From IMG/VR virus record IMGVR_UViG_3300032401_000001, positions 64,001 through 128,000 of that record: a stretch of 64,000 nucleotides of DNA, one strand, 5' to 3'. Both the position numbers and the translations under genes were made by a program. The notes under the pieces are model-generated. The model worked only from the letters and a program-made list of their open reading frames with translations. It ran no database searches and was not told the DNA's origin. Shown piece by piece: positions 58,216 through 64,000 of this stretch. The first letter of the stretch is position 1; each line of letters opens with the position of its first letter. This DNA comes from a virus.

Positions 58216-59997
58216 TCAAGGATCGAACGGCACGTTAGCGCTGTCGTCGGTAGCGGCGACGGGGGCCATGGTGTCGTCGAAGGTCTGCTGCGCTTCGGTC
58301 ACTTCGGGTGCCGGACCGGGCAACATGGCTTCGGTGAATGTCTTTTGCTCAACGACGGTCAGTACTTGGTCGATGCTGTCGACAGCTTGTTCGAACGCCG
58401 TTGGTCCCGAGGAGAGCCCGAGCAGCAGGCTGATGAGGGCTTGTACCGAAGCCAGGTTGGCTGGATTGGGCGCCCCCGCGAAGAGGACGACACCGGCGGT
58501 GACGCCGTGCCGGAAGTACGGGGGTGCGGTGATGTCGGACTCATCGCTGAGACGCTGGGTCAAAGCGCTGGCGAACGCCTGTGTGCCACCACGGCTGCCG
58601 GAGATGAGCGTCACGTAGATGCCACTCTGGGGCAACCGCATGAGCTCGATGAGCGATTTCACCCGCTCGTTGATCATGGTGGCGTAGGCGATGTAGCGGT
58701 CCACCTCGCTCTTCAGGAACGCCAGGTAGCTCTGCAGGGCGTTGGAGGCGCCGACTACCTGGCTCTTCAGCGTCTCGACGTAGTCACGGAGCAGGGCCAG
58801 GAAGTACTTGAGGTCGGGGAAGAGATCGAGGGCGCTGGGCGTGGCGTCCCAATCGGGCGGGGTGCCACCGTACGAGAAGGGGATCTTGTCGGCGTCGACG
58901 CGGACCTTCACGGTGTTGCTGATCTGCTGGTAGCGCTGCGAGACGAACGTCGTGTACTTGCCAGACCGATCGGCAACGGCGAGGCCATAACGGTACGCGA
59001 GCGCGTAGTAGTAGTCTTGGCCTTTGGCGAGCGTGGCGTCGTTATCGACGTAGCTATCCTGGGCACCGTCGAAGAGCTTGAGCTTCAGCAGCGTGGTCTG
59101 GCCTTTACCCGTGGTGAAGGTTTTGACGTTGCTACGCTCACGGTCTTCGCCGCCGAGCGGGGTGGGCTGATAGCCGAGCATGAAGCCGTCCCAGCCCTTG
59201 GCGGCGATGGTGCGTGGGTCAGTCGAACGCAGGATGGCGATTTCCTGGATGCTGACGCGGGTGTTCTCCCCGAAACCGGTGAGGACTTGGTCCGTCGGGG
59301 GATTCGTCCAGTTGAGGTGTACGCCGACGCGGGGTGTGCCGGGCGCGGCGATGGTGCGGGCACGCAGGTCTTGTGGTGTCCGCGCTACTACGGCGGGCAG
59401 CATCTTTCGACTCTTGAGGGCACCGTCGAAGACCGCCATCAGGCGGATGACGTAGTCGAAGAGCTCGAGGATGCTGGTGCCACCGGCGAGGATGACCACG
59501 GCGTAGTAAGCGTCTGTGTCGCTGTACTGAGGTCGATTCAGGTCGCGTTCGTCAGCGATGGATTCCATGACGGTGCGGCCGTAGGACGCATTGCCGCCTT
59601 CGACGTTGAAGACGGCGTTCAGCTTATCTTGGAAGCTCATGTCCGAGACATCGTTCGGACGCAGGTTCGTGGTGAGTCCGTCGTTGTACGGGGACAGGGA
59701 CAGCAGCTCCTGGGCGTCAGGCGGCAGGGCGACGCGCGGCGGCACTGTCAGAAGATGAATCTTGGCGGCGCCTTCGATGTACTGCGTGAGGACGTCTTCA
59801 ATGGCTTGCAGCGCGGTCTGGATGAGCAAGGCTTCGGCGCTGAGGATGTCGACGATCAGCTTGGCGACGATGTCCGTGGCGGTCTGGACGATGGTGAGCA
59901 CCAACGTCAGGGTGTCGGTGAGTCGTTGAACGCCTTCCGCGAGCGGCTTGATCGGTCCTAGATCGAAGCTCAGTGATTTCCACTGGCCGTCAGCCAT
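58216..59997 (-). CDS. virion structural protein (593 aa, baseplate/tail-type)
   Basis: Long ORF, Fn3-like central segment (VHLNWTNP...ILRS...YVD...DYYYAL), helical termini. Confidence 0.7.
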   Translation of the reverse strand: MADGQWKSLSFDLGPIKPLAEGVQRLTDTLTLVLTIVQTATDIVAKLIVDILSAEALLIQTALQAIEDVLTQYIEGAAKIHLLTVPPRVALPPDAQELLSLSPYNDGLTTNLRPNDVSDMSFQDKLNAVFNVEGGNASYGRTVMESIADERDLNRPQYSDTDAYYAVVILAGGTSILELFDYVIRLMAVFDGALKSRKMLPAVVARTPQDLRARTIAAPGTPRVGVHLNWTNPPTDQVLTGFGENTRVSIQEIAILRSTDPRTIAAKGWDGFMLGYQPTPLGGEDRERSNVKTFTTGKGQTTLLKLKLFDGAQDSYVDNDATLAKGQDYYYALAYRYGLAVADRSGKYTTFVSQRYQQISNTVKVRVDADKIPFSYGGTPPDWDATPSALDLFPDLKYFLALLRDYVETLKSQVVGASNALQSYLAFLKSEVDRYIAYATMINERVKSLIELMRLPQSGIYVTLISGSRGGTQAFASALTQRLSDESDITAPPYFRHGVTAGVVLFAGAPNPANLASVQALISLLLGLSSGPTAFEQAVDSIDQVLTVVEQKTFTEAMLPGPAPEVTEAQQTFDDTMAPVAATDDSANVPFDP

Positions 59998-60199
59998 GGG
60001 TCTTCTCGGGATCGGTCAGGTTGATTGGTTGGCGCAGCAGGGTGCGCGCGGCGGTTAGCTGCGCTTCAGCCTCAGCGATAGCCTTACCGCCACCAGGTAC
60101 GCGACGGAGTTCTGGGGCTTGACTGCGAATCAGCGCTTCGAGTTGATCGAAGCGGCGCAGGATGACCAGCCGCTGGGCACGCAACGCCAAGTTCGCCAT
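59990..60199 (-). CDS. small hypothetical protein (start uncertain)
   Basis: Overlaps the start of the 593-aa gene; helical. Confidence 0.4.
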   Translation of the reverse strand: MANLALRAQRLVILRRFDQLEALIRSQAPELRRVPGGGKAIAEAEAQLTAARTLLRQPINLTDPEKTHG

Positions 60200-60317
60200 C
60201 CGTGCAGCTAGTGGTGGTTTGCCCTGTGGGGATTGCCAGGCGCCGATCACAACGCGAATCGTAGCACGGTCGCCGGTATAAGAGATAGAGACCTCACTAC
60301 GACGAAAGGAGCTGACG

Positions 60318-60692
60318 ATGTGGGTAATTGGGATTGTCGTCTTCACGGTAGTGGCCCTCGCCATCATCGGCGGGGGTAAAGAGGCGAAGCCGGTCACGGA
60401 TCGGCTCGCGCAGATGGTGGCGTCACACGCACCAGTGCTGTTGGACTACGGGAAGGCTCTCTACGCAGTGCGCCTGGTGGGGCTCGAGGAGAAGATGGTG
60501 GGCGTGGTCGATGGCGCAGGTCGTTATGCGACTTTCGTGCTCGACAAGATCGTGCTCACGGAAGCGCCAGAAAGCGCCCTGGCGGAGGTTGGACTCCGTT
60601 TGCCGAATCTGGACAACGGAGTTCCGTCGACGTCGGCGGCGGCGGAGGGTGCAGTGGGCGCGACAGCTGCTGACGACATGGCGCCGGTGTAG
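60318..60692 (+). CDS. N-terminal TM protein
   Basis: cggTATAAGag at 60274, RBS aaggag, terminator 60707-60740. Confidence 0.75.
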   Translation: MWVIGIVVFTVVALAIIGGGKEAKPVTDRLAQMVASHAPVLLDYGKALYAVRLVGLEEKMVGVVDGAGRYATFVLDKIVLTEAPESALAEVGLRLPNLDNGVPSTSAAAEGAVGATAADDMAPV

Positions 60693-60759
60693 TCGATAAG
60701 CCGGTGGCGGCGGGGCATCACTGCCCGCCGCTTTTCTTTAGCTGTGATACCGTAAGGCC

Positions 60760-61194
60760 ATGACGGCCGAGATGGTGGTTGATCTACGTCCCCTCGCGGT
60801 GGATAAGTTGGTGACGCTGTCCGCTGAAGCCGTGGTGCAGCGTCGACAACGGGCTGAAGAGTTGGTGCTGCACTTCGAGCAGCGGTGCAGTGATCTCCGT
60901 ACTCGACTCGAAGATGCTCAGACCATGTACCGGTTCCTGGTTCAGGAGCGCGACAACGCGGTGCTGGCGTTGCGGCTGCAGGCGAACGAAGTTGTGCGGG
61001 TCATCTGTCCGACGTGCAAGGGCAGTGGGCTGAAACCCACCGATGTACTGGCAGGACAGATACACCGCAAGTCGGCCTTTGAGAGCGTGGGTGAACCGGT
61101 ACGGCGCATCGAGCCGAGTGAAGTGCCCGAGACAGAGCGCTGCAGTGCGTGCGGGGGGAAGCGTTGGGTGCTGATGGATCGGTTCTGCGGCTAG
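60760..61194 (+). CDS. coiled-coil plus DnaJ-like Zn finger protein
   Basis: CPTCKGSG ... CSACGG. Confidence 0.75.
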   Translation: MTAEMVVDLRPLAVDKLVTLSAEAVVQRRQRAEELVLHFEQRCSDLRTRLEDAQTMYRFLVQERDNAVLALRLQANEVVRVICPTCKGSGLKPTDVLAGQIHRKSAFESVGEPVRRIEPSEVPETERCSACGGKRWVLMDRFCG

Positions 61195-62024
61195 GTGACG
61201 ACGGGGACGGAGAGCCGGGAGACGTGCGGGCCACAACGGTACTCGAGCGGCACGATGCGGCCGTTGGCGGAGACGCTGCCCGGGGGGTCGAAGGTGACCG
61301 AACCGGTGACCAGCTCGGTGATGGCACAGGCGGTGCCGCCGAGGGTGAGACTCACGCCCGGGCCGATTCCGCCGGTCAGGAAGGTCTCGGCGGCTGCGGC
61401 GTTGATGGTGCCGCCCACGCCCGTGGTGGCCTGCACCAGCAGCTTGGCGCCGGCGTAAGCGTTGATGGCGCTGACGATGTCGGCGACGGTTGAGCCACCG
61501 ACGGCGGGACGCACGATGACCTTGCTGCCAGAGATGCTCACGTCCAGTGTGCTGGACGGCGTGATGATCTGGCAGGAGATTCCGTTGCCAGGTGCGCCCG
61601 GGACGACGGCTTCGAGATCGAGACGCGCTGCGCCGATCAGGATCTGAGTGGTGGCCTTCACCTGGTTGCCGAGCAGGTTGGTACCGGTGACGACCTTGCC
61701 GGTGCCCGGGGTGCCGGTGCTGTAGTTCGCGGCCTGGAACTCGTTCAGCGTGGGCAGGCCCTGCACGCCTTCCGGCTGGGCACGGTCGTCGGCGCCATCG
61801 GCGATGACGGACCAGCGCAGGCCGATGAGGACGTTCCCGAGGGCGTCCTTGACGGGCTGCTGTTCCAGCGCGCGCAGTTGGGGCGCCAGGCGTTGCATGA
61901 GGTCGACGGAGACATCGAAGTCGCTGGTGTGGCCACCTTCCACCTCGGCGACGAAGTAGGTGTAGCCCTGGGGGTCCTTGACGACGACGCGGGCCAGGCC
62001 AACGTTCTGCAGGCGGAGTTTCAT
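61191..62024 (-). CDS. virion structural protein
   Basis: Sheath-like insertion segment (AVVPGAPGNGISC...DIVSAINA); N-terminus paralogous to the 63131 gene. Confidence 0.75.
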   Translation of the reverse strand: MKLRLQNVGLARVVVKDPQGYTYFVAEVEGGHTSDFDVSVDLMQRLAPQLRALEQQPVKDALGNVLIGLRWSVIADGADDRAQPEGVQGLPTLNEFQAANYSTGTPGTGKVVTGTNLLGNQVKATTQILIGAARLDLEAVVPGAPGNGISCQIITPSSTLDVSISGSKVIVRPAVGGSTVADIVSAINAYAGAKLLVQATTGVGGTINAAAAETFLTGGIGPGVSLTLGGTACAITELVTGSVTFDPPGSVSANGRIVPLEYRCGPHVSRLSVPVVT

Positions 62025-62086
62025 CGCGCGCTCCTCTCGAAGGAATCGTCGGAATTATAGGGTGATAGGAGACGGCTCACAAGCGG

Positions 62087-63115
62087 CTAGGTGACGTTGT
62101 GAGCGTGGCTGCCGCTGCTGACGCTGTGGGTGTGGGTAGCTTCGCCACCGGTGGCAGCGCCGTGGTCGTGCGCGGCTTGTGCAGCCGTGGGCAGCACCCG
62201 GTACTGCACGTTGTAGACGTGCGTGCCGTTGGGGGTGGTGCCCGGGATCACGGTGCCGGAGGCAGTGTGGATCGAGCTGTAGCCCTCCGCGCCGCCGTTC
62301 AGACCGACCCTGTCGACGTCGGAAACGGCGACCCCCAGGCCGAAGCCGTTGCCGGTCTGGACGTCGGTGGTGCCCACCGGGTCTACGTTGCTGCGGACCC
62401 GCGTGATTGAGGCGAACGCCTTGATGCCCTGGAACGTACCAGCGCCCGAAGCGTTGATGATGTCCTGCAGTGCGACGCCGTCCTGGTCGAGCCCGTCGAT
62501 GGTGTAGACCGTGGCTACGCCACCGACACCGACGACGATCCGTACTGTACGGCTGGGGCTGTACACGTAGAAGGGACCGACGGCGTCGTCGATGATGGCG
62601 CCACCGGCGTAGGGGCTGGCGATGTAGGCCTCGCCGGGAGCTTCGACTGCTCCCATGAACTGCTGCATCCGAATCTTGTCGGCGGTGATCCCCGGTGTGG
62701 CCGAGGCCACTGAGTGGGCGTGAGAGGCTCCGGCACCGGTGGCGGTGACGCCCGTGCCGGCACTGGCTACGGCCAGCACGTCGGTGCCGCCGGCGGTCTT
62801 GTGCGTCGTGGCGTGTGCACCGGGCGCCGGGCCAGTGACGACGAGCGTACCAAGACTGAACTCCGGCTGGTGCGTCCAGGCGTACTCGACAGTGCCGGCG
62901 GCGACCTGAACTTGCAGCGCGGTGAAAGCACTCGCGGCGAGTCCGCCGGTTCGACCATGGGCCGGATCGACCGTCAGGTTGGGCCACAGTTCGGCGGTGA
63001 CGTCGAAAGCCTTGCCGCGGGCGCCGGGGATGAGACTGGCGGGCAGCGTGACTACGGGGGATCCAGCGGCGAGCGCCACTGGCGAAGTCGTCTTGTTGTA
63101 CGCGAGCAGTGGCAT
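62087..63115 (-). CDS. virion structural / decoration-type protein
   Basis: G/A/T/V-rich, HxH repeats (HAHS, HDH, HTH, HAH). Confidence 0.75.
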   Translation of the reverse strand: MPLLAYNKTTSPVALAAGSPVVTLPASLIPGARGKAFDVTAELWPNLTVDPAHGRTGGLAASAFTALQVQVAAGTVEYAWTHQPEFSLGTLVVTGPAPGAHATTHKTAGGTDVLAVASAGTGVTATGAGASHAHSVASATPGITADKIRMQQFMGAVEAPGEAYIASPYAGGAIIDDAVGPFYVYSPSRTVRIVVGVGGVATVYTIDGLDQDGVALQDIINASGAGTFQGIKAFASITRVRSNVDPVGTTDVQTGNGFGLGVAVSDVDRVGLNGGAEGYSSIHTASGTVIPGTTPNGTHVYNVQYRVLPTAAQAAHDHGAATGGEATHTHSVSSGSHAHNVT

Positions 63116-63130
63116 TGTCGTCTCCTTCGT

Positions 63131-63523
63131 CTACGAAAGGTTGCCGTCAGCGTCGACCCAGGCAGTGCCGTTCGACCACTGCGGCGCGCCGTTCGCACCT
63201 TCGTCGGTGACGAAGACAGCCGTGCCGGCTGGTACGGTGTTGGCCAGCGGCCGGTTGATGGTGGTGCAGGCGAACTCGAACATGTCCTGCGCGCTGGTGA
63301 TCGCTTTGTAGGCGATCTTGAGGTAGTAGTCGCTGAGATTGGGCGCCAGCACTGGATGCGCCACCGCGTCTTGCAGGGCGGGTCCGAGGCGGTACACGAC
63401 ATCGGGAGAGATCTCGAAGACCTTGGTCGAGAGCGGGGCGACCTCGCCGACGAAGGGCGAGTAGCCCTGGGGATCCTTGAAGACGAAGGGCGCGATGCCC
63501 AGGTTCTGAACGGACAGTTGCAT
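63131..63523 (-). CDS. small virion protein
   Basis: RBS aaggag; C-terminal RP.A.TV..GT.VF.TD......W.NGT.WVDA fibre-tip-like motif. Confidence 0.75.
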   Translation of the reverse strand: MQLSVQNLGIAPFVFKDPQGYSPFVGEVAPLSTKVFEISPDVVYRLGPALQDAVAHPVLAPNLSDYYLKIAYKAITSAQDMFEFACTTINRPLANTVPAGTAVFVTDEGANGAPQWSNGTAWVDADGNLS

Positions 63524-63555
63524 GCGCGTTCTCCTTGCCCCGCAAGTATAGGGCA

Positions 63556-63845
63556 TTGCGTCAGAGCGCGAAAGACGCTAGTCTAAAGGCAGTCGGAACT
63601 ACCGGGTCCGACGGTGCGGGCTGAGGGTGTTACACTCCAGCGTTGGCGTACGAAAGCCGTGGGGATGTCCTGAGACGCTCGTCGTCAACGGCTCCTGCAG
63701 CTGCCCGGCCCCGAAGGACGGCGTAAGCCGTTCGACCCAGGTTCGGTTGCGTGGTTCGGGGACGTGAGAACCTGGTCAAGCCCCTCGAGGGCAGGGCGCA
63801 AGCCCGACGAGCCTCGCCGCACTTCGGTGCTCGCGGGGCTCGTCA
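63556..63845 (+). ncRNA. candidate structured ncRNA (~290 nt)
   Basis: GTAA, GCAA and TTCG tetraloops on the + strand; long-range ccaggttc/gaacctgg. Confidence 0.55.
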
Positions 63846-63860
63846 CTTTACGGGGTAAAG
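63846..63860. promoter_or_regulatory. palindrome CTTTAC-ggg-GTAAAG
   Basis: Direct sequence. Confidence 0.7.
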
Positions 63861-64000
63861 TCAGGCAGTGAACACCTTCGCGGAGAGGGTGGTGGGCAGC
63901 GCCGCTTGCAGCGTCGAGAGCGCCGAGCTGAGCGTCGAGAAAGCTCCCATCAAGGTACTGACGAAGGCGAGCAGGACGCTGCCATCGACGGGGATTCCCG
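63861..64000 (-). CDS. 3' end of a gene cut by the window edge (spike/baseplate-like C-terminus)
   Basis: Open frame ...LQAALPTTLSAKVFTA* with stop at 63861-63863. Confidence 0.55.
   Translation of the reverse strand, partial: GIPVDGSVLLAFVSTLMGAFSTLSSALSTLQAALPTTLSAKVFTA

Larger units (their letters stand above)
1..64000. mobile_element. Segment of a large tailed dsDNA phage genome (jumbo-type)
   Basis: Dense small ORFan genes with ATGA/GTGA overlaps, 42 tRNAs plus tmRNA, three HNH nucleases, nucleotide-metabolism genes, virion-type genes, no cellular housekeeping operons. Confidence 0.9.

Noticed and set aside
58345-59961. 538-aa + strand ORF
   Set aside because: Antisense shadow of the 593-aa structural gene

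Overview
This 64 kb, GC-rich window looks like part of a large tailed dsDNA (jumbo-type) phage genome. A Myxococcota-like host is only an inference, from a collagen lipoprotein, a lone receiver domain, an RRM protein and an ANDN-type tmRNA tag. (1) 1-39 kb, mostly + strand: dense small accessory genes, including 23 paralogues of an unrecognised 8-cysteine scaffold (C-x2-C-P-x4-C ... CxxC ... C ... CxxC). This part also holds YkgJ-like, DUF5131/Gp37-68, dCMP deaminase, sigma4-domain, ParB-like, SMR-like, methyltransferase and HNH genes, a 915-aa minus-strand protein next to an AT-rich tract, and several long, highly base-paired intergenic regions. (2) 39.5-46.8 kb, an RNA module: RRM protein, tmRNA, a conserved 245-aa protein followed by two circularly permuted tRNA-like (YrlA-like Y) RNAs, and 42 tRNA genes covering all 20 amino acids. 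The tRNA array includes Ile-UAU, five tRNAs with C33, and a third permuted tRNA-like element. (3) 46.7-64 kb, mostly - strand: receiver domain, HerA-like ATPase, deoxynucleoside kinase, FmdB zinc ribbon, a cluster of probable internal-head proteins sharing a G-x3-AL-x2-LG / K-x-A motif, further virion-type proteins and a GNRA/UUCG-rich ncRNA candidate. A CTTTAC-N3-GTAAAS palindrome occurs 6 times, all intergenic, and two distinct promoter motifs recur. No CRISPR array, reverse transcriptase, integrase or rRNA was seen. All calls were made by eye, without database searches or folding software.
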